A stretch of DNA of 64,000 nt from Mizuhopecten yessoensis. Its lineage: Eukaryota. Positions 27,201 to 36,992 of the stretch are shown piece by piece (position 1 is the stretch's first letter; every line of letters begins with the position of its first letter). The notes beneath the pieces are model-generated. The model was not told where the DNA came from, made no database searches, and saw only the letters and a list, made by a program, of their open reading frames with translations. The translations under genes were made by a program, and so were the position numbers. The stretch covers positions 300,485 through 364,484 of the forward strand of contig NW_018404542.1 of the NCBI RefSeq assembly GCF_002113885.1. Reading direction: 5' to 3'.

Positions 27201-30200
27201 TTTCTATTATATACAACATGTATTGATATAGATATGGGGACCTTCCAGATAGTTGGTAAATTTCTGCTATTGTGTCTGAGGTAATAAGTAAACACTATAC
27301 GATTGTCACATATAATTGGAATAATGTTCCAATCGGTTAATCCCTTACTCGCAATTTATGCATTTTTTTCACGAAATAGACAGATCACGTACATATAATT
27401 CTATTAATTAATAGCGAAGATAAGGATGTCTACACCATGAACAGTATACAAACTACATTCTGATAGATTTTCTATTTGTAACTTTGGAAAGCATTCGGGT
27501 ACAGTGTATATAAATTGTCTTTTCTTTTATGTAAACTGTTTGAGCATAGAGAAAGTACATTAAAATAAACTATTAAAAAATAAATATAAGAATTGTCAAC
27601 ATTGGCTAATATAAAATATCAGTGAAGATTTTACCTAATCCGGTAATTCCTGAGAGTGTCCTGAAATATGCAATAAAACAATAGCCAAGAGTGAAAGTTT
27701 TGAAAGTGCCAATGTTACTTTGCCAACAGCATATTGATGTGTAATATCATGTGATATAGACACAACCTACATTGGGTACATGTATGTCTATCCAGTATTC
27801 TTTAAGAAAATTAAAAGACTTTCCGTTTCTGCGAATTCTTAAATTACGCCGATACGTTGAACAGGGAAAGGCGGTAATGGTACTCCAAGATTGGCGTTGA
27901 TAAAAATGGCATTTTGTCCTTTTTCTTTCTTGTCACAAATTTATATCAACAAGTAAATATGCCTAAGTCATAAGTCATGGCGATTTCCTTGTTTTTCCAA
28001 GCAAAACGCAAATTACAGCAATAAAGACGAATACTTCTTCATTTTCGCAGTGAAAGCATAATTTTTTCGGGTTGTTTTGCACCAATTTCTCTCGTCGTAA
28101 AAATACTTGCAGAACACTGACATTTTCACATGATAATGGAACCTTTTGACAGTAGAGTGATCTTACGATCAAATGTCAATGGCGGCAATTAATGCAGGGT
28201 CAGTAATTAAATCGTATTCTAAGCTGTTATACAAATCATAACAAATCATTATTTTATAGTTGCTCCGAAGGCACTTTTAGTCACACACTCATGAAAAACC
28301 CTCATAAGATGCAAGACGAGAACAATCAGAATATAATAACACCAGTTACGTCCTATTTCTAAGGATTGTCATAAAAAATATCATTTGTGAATGACGAAAT
28401 AATATCACCGTTTGTTTGTTTAATGTCAGTACAAGAAACTCAAGTTTCATTCTTTTTCGAAAGTTATGTACACAGAATACACTTAGATAAAACTAAATTG
28501 AATTGAACTATGTATGTATGTATATCCATGTAACAGAAATATTCCAATACATAAAACATATGCAGATAAACTTACAACCCTTTCTAATTCAAAACGTTTC
28601 CCATTCATTCAAATGTGACATTAGCATTACTCGTATGTTAAGTTGTTACGACGAACATTTGTATAACAGATCACCATTATCGCGTAAATGTCAATGGGAA
28701 CATTTCGTTGTCATTTGTCAGATCTTTTAATAACTTGGAAATATGTAGACAAAAACGTTTGCTTTGCTTAAAACAGCCAATCATCAACTCGACTTTATCT
28801 TAATAAGACTCATCAGTTTGGAGATATGCTTGACAACAGAACCAGCCGGTTTTGAAACTTTGCGACACGTTTATAACGCACATTGTTTGTGTAGAAAGTA
28901 AAACTTTGATATCAACTCAATTTATCAATTTCATGAATGTAACAAAAATGTTACAGGGCGAGTCCAGTCCCCTACCTTGATGAATGTCGAACAATTCTAA
29001 ATGCCGCGTCAAAATGAGGCATTGCATTGTGTCATTTGGTCAGTGTGTTGTCATTGAATACTGTCTGTAGAACCGTACACGGTTCCAAACACTCACTTTG
29101 TGATAGACATGGGTGAGGTTTACGTATGTGACGTTCCCTCTACTGAGGGCTGAAATGTTACAAATGTTGTGATAAAATAGAGCTTCGAACAATATGTTTT
29201 GATGAACACTTATATAGAGCAAACATTTGACCATGTTAAGATATATGTTCTACAATACTTCTTTCTTAAAGGTACCGTGCCGCAAACATTCTTTTAGTGT
29301 AGTTAGTACATTACAAAGATAAATCGCGGGAACATTTTATGTACACTGTAAAGCAATGGCCCCTCCTCCAATATTTAGATGCTTGTGTGTCGAGATACAT
29401 CCTCGATAATGAAAGGGTTTTGCTCACTTACGCGTTCTACTTACCTGGAATATCTTATGACGGAAGCGAAGGTACAAGTTAGATAAGTTTGATCTTTAAA
29501 TTTACGTCAAACGAATCCCGCGACATCGTAACGGTAAGATTTGTCTGCTTTGAAGTCGGGGGTCGCTCCTCTGAAATTTTCAAAGGATGATTTTTACCTA
29601 AGACCAATCAAAAAACTATCTTGCTTTTAATTTTGCCATTGGCATATTCCAAGAATGCAGAGAGCGTAAGTAAGTGTAACTCCAGGATTTTCGAGAATCC
29701 TTCTCGATGACGGCTGGAGAAAGAGGGATGAAGGTATTCCGTCCGTAGCCACCTGTGAAGCCTAAAGTATGATTCACTCCATGCTTATCCGGAGGGTTCC
29801 ACTTGACATTCGATGAGCATACGCAAGTGTAGTGGTCACTCCATGAGAATAGTGTAGTCAACATTGTTAACTGGCTCCGTAAGAGTTCATCAAGGACACT
29901 ATGAGAGTTGAAGGTGGTTCACTGGCAATGTCAATATTGCTGATTATCTGTCGATAGAATGGTTCCCGTTTGAACGGTGAACATCAACTGATGATTTACA
30001 CGTTTACCACTGGTTGATACATGCTAATTGGGGCTGTCGTCAAACCTGGTGGCTCAGCTTGTGATATGAGGCATGTGTTGTAGCTCGTGTCGTGTGTGTC
30101 TGCTGGTGTATAGGTATGACTAACAGTGCAGCGTTAGTATTGCGATATATACAGTGTACATTAACAATCTAACGGATAAGGATGCAAAAGTATTATGAAA

Positions 30201-32036
30201 AGAGAACTACTTTCCTGACTAGTCCTGTGTGAATTCTAAAGTTTTAATTCGTGCTTATATATTTGTACTTTCGTTCCTGATTATGTTTTCAAAAATATTT
30301 TTAAATTTGTGAAGATCACTTAAAATGCCCACATGTCTATTTCATCAATTGATTTGTTGCTTTATTATATGAGTAAATTATAAAAGTTTAATTTTCTTAA
30401 TTCTTATCCAATTTGTTGTGAACTACTGCATTTGTTGCAATATAATTATTCATAGTAGAACCGTAATAGGTATTGGAAGGCAGTGGCATAGCATACATGT
30501 ATGCTTGTATGCTCAAGCATACACTAAAATTTTCAAGATTTGTTTTAATCATATATATGTATTTATCAATTTCTTTTTTAATGATTAATCTGGACCGTCT
30601 GTATCAATCATAAAAAGGAAAGAATAAAATTTTAAAAAATCTTCTCAATAATATGTTCATAAAAAGTAGCTTTTTACTTGTAAATAATCAGACTAAAAGG
30701 ATTTCCCAGAATACGAGAGATTGCCTCTAGGGCCTAGTAGAATTCTAAAAACAAATCAAGCTATAGAAGGGGGAACTCCCCCTCCTCCGGCGCTATGCGC
30801 CTCGGATGCTCGACCCCCTGTAAGCATAAACTCCGAAAAAAGTGGATACATTTAGTTTTTTAGTACCTCTTATGAAGCCATATGGGGCAAAGGTATGATT
30901 TAATGCCATCTCTGCAGGTCGGGAATCGAAAAGTCTGCTGTAACCCACTGCATGTTTAGGGGCAACTATATGTGGGAACCCCCCAGCAGAATTGGAGATT
31001 TTTCTTTAGTGACCTTTATTTGGTGGACACAAAATTGACCAAAATAAATCTGGTTTTTTTCATTGCAACATTTTGGATTTAATATTTCCACTCTACGGTC
31101 TAACAAAATTTACGTTTCCTATCGTCTTCCTTAGCAATACCTCACTTTTGATCGTTCGCCCAAGTTAGAAAGGCCATGGAATCTGTCCCCAAGACGGGAT
31201 ATACCAAAGTTATTAAACGTTCGTTATCTAGGGTAATGGCGACAACTGATTCACCCGTTGTCAGTATAATGTGACCGGGTGTAATGCTGTGCTGGGTGTC
31301 TTCGGCATGGTATTTCAGTAAGGCAGCACTTTAAAGTCGGCATCAGATCCGCGCTATCACAAGAAGTAGCGGTAAACACGCCAATATACCGCCTCGTGAA
31401 GAAATGCGCACAAACGTCACGCACTTGAACGCACGTCCTTAAATGACCTTAGCTGTTAAAAGGACTCTAAACCCATTACAATTCTAAACTCATTTCACTG
31501 CATGCTAATCCGGAGAAATTAACCCATTTTACATGTACCTACGATGACCATGGGAATGAGAATTACACCGGCGATTTCCAAAGAGCCGGGAATTGAGGCA
31601 TTTATATTTGACCTTCAACCCCTGTTTTTCTCTCTAGGCAAGGATGAGGTACTGATGACTATTGATACCAAACCATGCCGATTTGCCCCTTTTGAATATG
31701 TCCAATTCTTTATTTTTAATAAGTTTATATTCCTTGTATTCAGAAGAATTGTAAGCATACTTTTCTTGTAAAAGAAGATTCATCAGTAATCAATAAAGAA
31801 TACAATGTTTATTAGTCGGTATGTCATCTTTTCGTTAATACAAACATACACAAAGTATTGATGCATACAAAGAAGGAATGCATTCTGTCTTTTCTTATAC
31901 AAGCATGAGTCCTCTGCTCGCAAAGTATCGCGCTGATGTGTGGACGAATACTGAACTTACCTGACAACTCCACCACTCGTAACATGCCGAAGAAGGCACA
32001 GAGTACCGCAACGACAATAAACGTAGGTCCAGCCAT
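148..32036 (-). CDS. Multi-exon gene: receptor-type protein tyrosine phosphatase with multiple EGF-like (MEGF10/SREC-type) repeats; 3' end lies outside the window
   Basis: 22 exons assembled by hand with GT-AG ends and matching phases: signal peptide, 11 EGF-like exons, TM, 2 juxtamembrane and 7 PTP exons. Classical motifs [48 protein letters not shown] and MVQT occur in the correct order. Confidence 0.93.
701..846 (-). CDS. RPTP PTP-domain exon (...[13 protein letters not shown]...MVIHC-S)
   Basis: WPD loop and catalytic Cys, phase 0-2. Confidence 0.96.
1220..1348 (-). CDS. RPTP PTP-domain exon ([12 protein letters not shown]...TDHK)
   Basis: KCxxYWP motif, phase 0-0. Confidence 0.95.
1860..2860. 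repeat. 29-30-bp minisatellite (GTGTTGTATGAGGGGTACGCGATTGGCTGT)n
   Basis: About 30 visible copies in an RPTP intron. Confidence 0.95.
3242..3339 (-). CDS. RPTP PTP-domain exon ([32 protein letters not shown])
   Basis: DFWxMIW and IVMLT motifs, phase 1-0. Confidence 0.95.
3405..4835. repeat. Composite minisatellite (about 50-bp core with an optional 25-32-bp extension)
   Basis: Core ACTTTACTACAAGACGGACTGGAATAAACTATCAAGGGGCTGATATAAAC repeated; fills most of the intron. Confidence 0.95.
4903..4939 (-). CDS. RPTP PTP-domain exon ([13 protein letters not shown])
   Basis: 37-nt exon with the YIAxQGP-type motif, phase 0-1. Confidence 0.92.
5531..5607 (-). CDS. RPTP PTP-domain exon (YDHSRVVL...[10 protein letters not shown])
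   Basis: PTP motifs DxxRVxL and DYINA, phase 1-0. Confidence 0.95.
5894..5975 (-). CDS. RPTP PTP-domain exon (...[12 protein letters not shown])
   Basis: KNRY pTyr-recognition loop, phase 0-1. Confidence 0.93.
6835..6998 (-). CDS. RPTP juxtamembrane/wedge exon (EMNGHTL...EKELISEFK)
   Basis: TTTTAG|...|GTAATA, phase 1-0; ends in the typical L-x-x-E-F-x preceding PTP D1. Confidence 0.85.
9252..9340 (-). CDS. RPTP juxtamembrane exon ([29 protein letters not shown])
   Basis: Open frame, phase 2-1, bridging the neighbouring exons. Confidence 0.75.
9816..9933 (-). CDS. RPTP transmembrane exon ([39 protein letters not shown])
   Basis: Hydrophobic helix followed by basic residues; TTGTCAG|...|GTAAAG, phase 1-2. 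Confidence 0.9.
9962..10299. other. Assembly gap
   Basis: Run of N between the last EGF exon and the TM exon. Confidence 1.
10797..10886 (-). CDS. RPTP membrane-proximal EGF-like exon ([30 protein letters not shown])
   Basis: 90 nt, TTTCAG|...|GTATTT, phase 1-1. Confidence 0.85.
13538..13633 (-). CDS. RPTP EGF-like exon, tandem copy ([32 protein letters not shown])
   Basis: 96 nt, 3456 bp from the 16994 copy, all 6 Cys present. Confidence 0.82.
14176..14271 (-). CDS. RPTP EGF-like exon, tandem copy ([32 protein letters not shown])
   Basis: 96 nt, 3455 bp from the 17631 copy. Confidence 0.82.
14546..14909. mobile_element. Non-autonomous DNA transposon (MITE) flanked by TTAA, GGATCC termini (Kolobok-like)
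   Basis: TTAA|GGATCCTTGTCCCATTAC...GCAATGGTACGGGGATCC|TTAA; co-duplicated copies at 15512-15799 and 19740-19993. Confidence 0.7.
15146..15241 (-). CDS. RPTP EGF-like exon, tandem copy ([32 protein letters not shown])
   Basis: 96 nt, intact splice sites. Confidence 0.82.
16137..16230 (-). pseudogene. Frameshifted EGF-like exon copy (94 nt)
   Basis: Both splice sites intact (AAAG|...|GTAGGT), but a 2-nt deletion gives [20 protein letters not shown]. Confidence 0.72.
16591..16661 (-). pseudogene. Dead EGF-like exon copy ([23 protein letters not shown])
   Basis: Same donor-removing deletion as the 18968 and 20306 copies. Confidence 0.7.
16994..17089 (-). CDS. RPTP EGF-like exon, tandem copy with Cys>Tyr ([32 protein letters not shown])
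   Basis: 96 nt, intact splice sites; the fifth Cys codon reads TAT. Confidence 0.72.
17631..17726 (-). CDS. RPTP EGF-like exon, tandem copy ([32 protein letters not shown])
   Basis: 96 nt, intact splice sites. Confidence 0.82.
17961..18568. other. Assembly gap within the EGF exon array
   Basis: Run of N. Confidence 1.
18968..19038 (-). pseudogene. Dead EGF-like exon copy
   Basis: Paralogue of 20306-20376 with the same deletion plus an extra TAC>TAA stop. Confidence 0.7.
19370..19465 (-). CDS. RPTP EGF-like exon, tandem copy ([32 protein letters not shown])
   Basis: 96 nt, 1338 bp from the 20708 copy, intact splice sites. Confidence 0.82.
20306..20376 (-). pseudogene. Dead EGF-like exon copy ([23 protein letters not shown])
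   Basis: Acceptor TTTTAAAG retained; the 3' part of the exon and the donor are deleted, creating TAA. Confidence 0.7.
20708..20803 (-). CDS. RPTP EGF-like exon, tandem copy ([32 protein letters not shown])
   Basis: 96 nt, TTTTTACAG|...|GTATGT, phase 1-1. Confidence 0.82.
21419..21499 (-). pseudogene. 5'-truncated EGF-like exon remnant ([27 protein letters not shown])
   Basis: The donor GTATGT is intact but the first Cys and the normal acceptor are missing; only a weak GAG acceptor, with an in-frame TGA just upstream. Confidence 0.6.
21960..22260 (-). mobile_element. Degenerate Penelope-like retroelement RT fragment
   Basis: The minus strand gives broken NFDFP...FLDSN...YMSQLI*YTRA, resembling the PLE motif DFNFPIVNFPFLxSNIP...YISQLIRYARA. 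Confidence 0.45.
22690..22785 (-). CDS. RPTP EGF-like exon ([32 protein letters not shown])
   Basis: 96 nt, CTCTGCAG|...|GTTTGT, 6 Cys, phase 1-1. Confidence 0.88.
24655..24750 (-). CDS. RPTP EGF-like exon ([32 protein letters not shown])
   Basis: 96 nt, ATACAG|...|GTTTGT, 6 Cys, phase 1-1; absent from the ORF track. Confidence 0.88.
   Translation of the reverse strand: MVKEDFMDIDASRDVHLTVEITGVIRRRVTV
25156..26094. mobile_element. MITE-like element with terminal inverted repeats
   Basis: GTATTACAGTTGTGGGATCGCACAACG...CGTTGTGCGGTCACACAACTGTAATAC, with repeated subterminal TCGCACA/TGTGCG motifs. Confidence 0.6.
27075..27170 (-). CDS. RPTP EGF-like exon ([32 protein letters not shown])
   Basis: 96 nt, TTTACAG|...|GTTTGT, 6 Cys, phase 1-1. 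Confidence 0.88.
31150..31478 (+). mobile_element. SINE fragment, Meta/MESC-type core with LINE-like tail
   Basis: Core GTCAGTATAATGTGACCGGGTG...TTCAGTAAGGCAGCACT; tail GCACGTCCTTAAATGACCTTAGCTGTTAAAAGGAC shared with the SINE at 38165. Confidence 0.6.
31961..32036 (-). CDS. RPTP exon 1, signal peptide ([26 protein letters not shown])
   Basis: ATG, hydrophobic stretch and donor CAG|GTAAGT; ends in phase 1, matching the EGF exons. Confidence 0.75.
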
Positions 32037-32799
32037 TCAGAAAAGCTGTACAGTTTCGTCCAAAACTTGGACGTTCGAGTAGAGCTCCGACAGGACGAAC
32101 AGAACGAACACGCTGTGTAGTAATGTACAAGGAAATTAACTAGAATCTTCGACGGAAATTAGACATTGTGAAACTCTGTGTCATACATACACAAGTCAAT
32201 GATATGTGTGGCCAATTAAAAGGAATTAATTTTCGTTCATATGCAATGCTTTGCCTCTACATTAGTTCAAAATACTTGCTACTTTCAAAAATGAATTCTG
32301 ACCATTCTCTGCTGTATAATTGCAGTGTCTGCCACTGAATTGAACTCTTACAGAATGTATATGTATACTGAAAAGTTGAAAAGATCAACGCTAATAAAGA
32401 ATTAGAGTTTGATCTCATTGAATACATACGACTGTTTATAACATATATATAACACTTTGTTATATTATGTTTAACGCCAAAACGATTGATGTTATTATAA
32501 AATCGAATAAAGTCAATCAACAACATTATAAGAGTTTGCTGTAGACATTCGAGAGTAACTATGTATTTTATTTACACGTTATAAGTATATTATACAAATT
32601 TAGGTTGTACAACAAATCTAGTTCCGGAACTCCGGGGATGGCCCGTTCCTCGAACACTTATAATTGAGCGTAGCGGAGTCATCCGATATTTGCCGATTGA
32701 ATAGAAAAACACATTTCCGTCGTTCTTTAGATGAGTTTATGTGGACCGGAACATATGGTAATATAACTACGAGTTACGTAGAACTGTGTCGACTATCTT

Positions 32800-33010
32800 T
32801 ATAAAGATGTAACATTATATATGAAGATGTCAACATAATATATGAAGATGTTGACATAACATATAAAGATGTAACATTATATATGCAGTTGTTGACATAA
32901 TATATGAAGATGTTGACATAAGATATAAAGGTGTTGAAATAGTTTATGAAGGAGATGAAAGGTGATGAAACAATTTATGAAGGTGATGAAACTTTTTACG
33001 AAGGTAGTGA
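32800..33010. repeat. About 21-bp degenerate tandem repeat (ATATGAAGATGTTGACATAAT)n
   Basis: Visible periodicity. Confidence 0.7.
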
Positions 33011-33677
33011 CATAATTTTGACATTTTGTCGACATGTTATCACACTTTCCGATATAATTATCACATAAATAAGTGTATGTATAGGTAGCTTGACCTTTAC
33101 CGTGTAAATTCCCAAATTACCAAAGCTTTATTTTTAACACCAACTTCCGTAAAGCAGTTTACAAATAAACGTACGTCTTTTGACAAGTTCAAACATTACC
33201 CTACTCCTGTTAATTAGGACATTTATCACAAGCAACGTTATCATGTAGTTATGATAAAATGAAAATCTGTGCATTCATTCTTTTTGACTGCTGTAGTGTT
33301 AGCCCTAAGTCTCGGGACGTTTGGCCTACTGTCAAGCAGTTTTATGTGACCATTACCGTCATTACCGTCCAAAACAAAGTACGTAAAATTTGTATTCACA
33401 CTTCTTAAATGTAGCCAGTGGTAATGAGTCAGACTTTCAGGGTCAAAACGTATCTATCAATTCAAGTGTATAGTCCATCAAACAAAACCAGGAAACAGAT
33501 CGCACTTTCAGTTTCTCACATATTTAACCTTCTACACTTGAAAAAGTTATAAAACGACTTGATAGTAAAAACATGCACTAGTGTGGATTGTGATGTATAC
33601 CAAAATTCTTAAACTGGGCTATGACTTTTTATCTTTTCCACTCACAAACTTTGCTAAAATTTGAATTCCACAAAATA

Positions 33678-33982
33678 TTTTTATACGCCCGTCGAAGACG
33701 GGGACGTATTATGTTATCACGTGAGCGGGAGGGCGGGCGGGCGGGTATGGGAACGATGTCCGCTCGATATCTCAAGTAATTATTAACGGATTAACTTCAA
33801 ACTTCACAACAAGGTTAATTACCATGAAAGCTCGGACAAGTTTGATAACTGCCATTATCCGACCATAATTTGTGGAGTTATGCCCCTTTATGGACAAATA
33901 CTTCATATATTTCAATCATACAAACAACTGCTCATTCAATGTGTGATGGGCGTATTATATACCGCTCACGGTAACCTTGTTT
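33678..33982 (+). mobile_element. Helentron-associated non-autonomous element (HINE/DINE-1-like)
   Basis: T-run, subterminal IR ATACGCCC/GGGCGTAT, (GGGC)n microsatellite, 3' hairpin ACCGCTCACGGT, then CTTGTT. Confidence 0.7.
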
Positions 33983-33999
33983 CTGATAGAGTACAGCGG

Positions 34000-35100
34000 G
34001 CCCAGGTTATCCCAATTTTAAAGAAGAATGATCCTCTGAATAAGGAATAAAGACCAGCCCGAGTCCTACCTACTCTATCAAAATTGTTTAAAAGGATCTA
34101 AGATTACCAACTTTATTCTCTTTCCGATATAGTTTTCACTTCTTTTCGGGAAGGGCTTTTGATGTCATGCAGACTTCTCTGCTGCGACTCCTGGAAGACT
34201 GGCGTCAGGCCTTGGACAATAACAAATACTGTAGGGCTATCCTAATGGATCTGTCTAAGGCATTTGACTGCCTCCTTCATGGACTAATGGTGGAAAACTG
34301 CTGGATATTGGCTTGGTAGTCCATCTATTGACTTTTGCAGATATTTCAACAGTAGGTATCTCAGGGATCCATAGTTGGACCTTTGTTTCTTGATATATTT
34401 ACAATACCTGTCAACATGCTAACGATAGCATCCTTTCCTCACATATTCGACAATCCTGTCCTCTAGTTAGGCAATGCTCTTGAGAAGGAGAGTGAAACTC
34501 ATATTGACTGGTTTGGTAGGAATGGTACGCAAGCTTACCCAGACAAGTCCCAGGCACTATGTTCAGGCAAATCTAGTCAAGCAATTCTTTCATTCAAAAC
34601 AAGGTACCATGAGGCCATTGTGATAATTCGGTAAAATTATTTGGCGTTGACATTTATTATGATTTAAAATTTTGATCTAATTATTTCTAATGTCTGCATA
34701 ATAGCATCAAAATAACTCTGCGTTATCAAGAGAATTACATGTAGCTTCACTAAGAAATGAAATATCACTACTTTGAGTAAATGAGTAAAACACTAGAATA
34801 TTAACGACAATTAAGCGAGAGGGCATTGAAGGTCATTGAAAATGAGTTTAGCACTCCTTTACCTATTGTTTTAGGCCGTAACTATTGTTCTTTCCTCCAT
34901 GTCAATCAATTAATACAAAAATGATATTTGTCAACAATATATTTGTGACCTGGTGAACATAAAAAAAATACGATTATAATTTTAGACGCGAGACCAGAGG
35001 TCAGACCACCTTATATGGTAAGAAATCCTTCCGATTTAACCGTTTACGAAATAAAACAGACTGAAACTATCAAGTCCTCCGGACGCCGTTGGACATCTGT
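34000..35100 (+). mobile_element. Degenerate CR1/L2-group LINE reverse-transcriptase fragment
   Basis: Broken translation VIPILKKNDPLNKE*RP...LPTLSKLF, LLRLLEDWRQALDNNKYCRAILMDLSKAFDCL, SQGSIVGPL; many stops and frameshifts. Confidence 0.85.
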
Positions 35101-35484
35101 GATGGCCAAAAATGTAACTGTTATTTAAAGTTCGTAAAGTATCTATGGGGTTACACCTGCTCCCCATTTTCATTTCATTCATGTGCATATAAAGCTTCCT
35201 GGTTTTTAAAAAAAAAAAAATGTTTTTTACGCATTATTTTATTTATTATTTAATACCAATGAAGTGTGATTTCGTTGCATTTCATACCGCTACTTATGAC
35301 GCTATTTATCTTATTTAGTATCGATGTTGTTTTGAATAATGCTATATAAGCATGTTTTCTGCTATCTTTGTGTTCTATTGGCAGAGATGCACACTGTGTA
35401 TGTATATTCGACTCGGGTTTCTTATGAGAATATTCATACGCTACATGAGATTTATTTTTACATGAAGTTTAGCGCTCAGTGTTT

Positions 35485-35762
35485 TTATTTTGTTATCTGT
35501 GACAAATGTTGTGATATATGCTGCGGTATATATTTGTTGCGTTTTTTATTTTGTTATCTGCGACACATGTTGTGATACATGCTGTGTTATATGTTTGCTG
35601 TGGTTTTTTATTAGTTATCTGTGACACATGTTGTGATACATGTTGTGGTATATGTTTCTTGTGTTTGTATTTTGTTATCTGTGACACATGTTGTGCGGAT
35701 ACATGCTGTGGTATATATTTGTTGTGTTTTTATTTTGTTATCTGTGACACATGCTGTGATAT
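35485..35762. repeat. About 55-60-bp tandem repeat
   Basis: TTGTTATCTGTGACACATGTTGTGATACATG repeated about 5 times. Confidence 0.8.
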
Positions 35763-36862
35763 TAGATTTTTAAGTCCGTGCTTAAAGAAATAAATGGTAC
35801 CAATACCTCATAAGTTCCGTCATGGTTGTACGTGAGGATTCCGTTGCTCTGGTAGGCTTACCTACATGTATATTACGGTTAGGAAAATCATAACAAGCGA
35901 TAGGTTATACTGACTGCAACCATTGATAAACCCGATATCAAGTCCTCCCATCAGTACGACATCTATATTTCAGTCATTTACAACCCTTTTCAGTCATTTG
36001 AGCATCAAACATGTATATGTCCTATGTGACGTGTATATTGTATACATTAGATGATAAAAAAAACTGTTTGCAGTTGGAGCTGTTGGAGCGATATACAGCA
36101 ATGACAGCATTCGGATTCAGATTTTATAAAACAAAACAAAGAACAAATTGAATTTTTATTGAAACAAATATTAAAGCGGCACCCACGGTAGACTCCGAAT
36201 GCGCAATATATACCGATATACTTGGCAGCTACAGTAGCTGTAATAAATATTATTTTCTTTCATAATGGAGAAAAAAAATCACAGTTAATTTCTTTTAAAC
36301 TGTACAAATATTGAATGTTATAATAATATAGAATAAGTATAATTTATAACTAGGCCTACAGAATTTTTTTTTGATGTGCATGCAACTTCTTATTTGCATT
36401 AAAATTGTATTACATGGCAGCTACATGTGTATAAACACGCCGGGTAACCGAACATCATTTTTAATAATGCTAGCTATGATTTGCTGTTTCTGGGGTGAGA
36501 AATGTTTCACAGAGTTTATTGGTATGGACTCGATCGTGTTGATAACAGAATATATTAAGATTCTAATTAATTTTAGTACTGAAAGAAGAGCTATAGGTGA
36601 CCGATGCTCAAGCTAAAAAATAACGTCATTAACTTTGAGGCAACATTTATTACTGATTGAACCTGACTTATTTGATATATGAGTATAAATATTAAAGTGT
36701 TAAATGTACTAAGAACTGGCCTTATAACATTTAATAATAGACACGTATATGGTGTGTTGTACAAAAAAAAATAAACATAAATAAAATATAGTTGTGTGTT
36801 ACCTTAAAAAATGCACCCATAGTTAACTCCCTTCGTAGGGAGCTCTTCATGAAAAACAAACC

Positions 36863-36868
36863 CACGTG
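36863..36868 (+). promoter_or_regulatory. Canonical E-box CACGTG about 60 nt upstream of the NOL10 ATG (candidate Myc/Max site)
   Basis: Motif seen directly; ribosome-biogenesis genes are typical Myc targets with start-proximal E-boxes. A single hexamer can occur by chance. Confidence 0.45.
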
Positions 36869-36926
36869 TAGAGAGTGGTCTGTGATTTTTGTCCACATTA
36901 TGACATAAAACACTAATCAACCGAAG

Positions 36927-36992
36927 ATGCAGGTTTCAAATCCTAATAACGTTAACATCTACAACTTAAGCGCTGGCAAATCGCTTCCAGAG
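36927..36992 (+). CDS. NOL10: NOL10 exon 1 (MQVSNPNNVNIYNLSAGKSLPE)
   Basis: ATG...GAG|GTAAAC. Confidence 0.93.

Noticed and set aside
29616-29940. GC-richer stretch with an 82-aa ORF in RPTP intron 1
   Set aside because: No recognisable motif or convincing phase 1-1 splice pair; possibly an old TE fragment, left uncalled.
148-32036. Assigning a vertebrate symbol such as PTPRA, PTPRE or PTPRK
   Set aside because: An EGF-only ectodomain matches no vertebrate RPTP; orthology needs a phylogeny.
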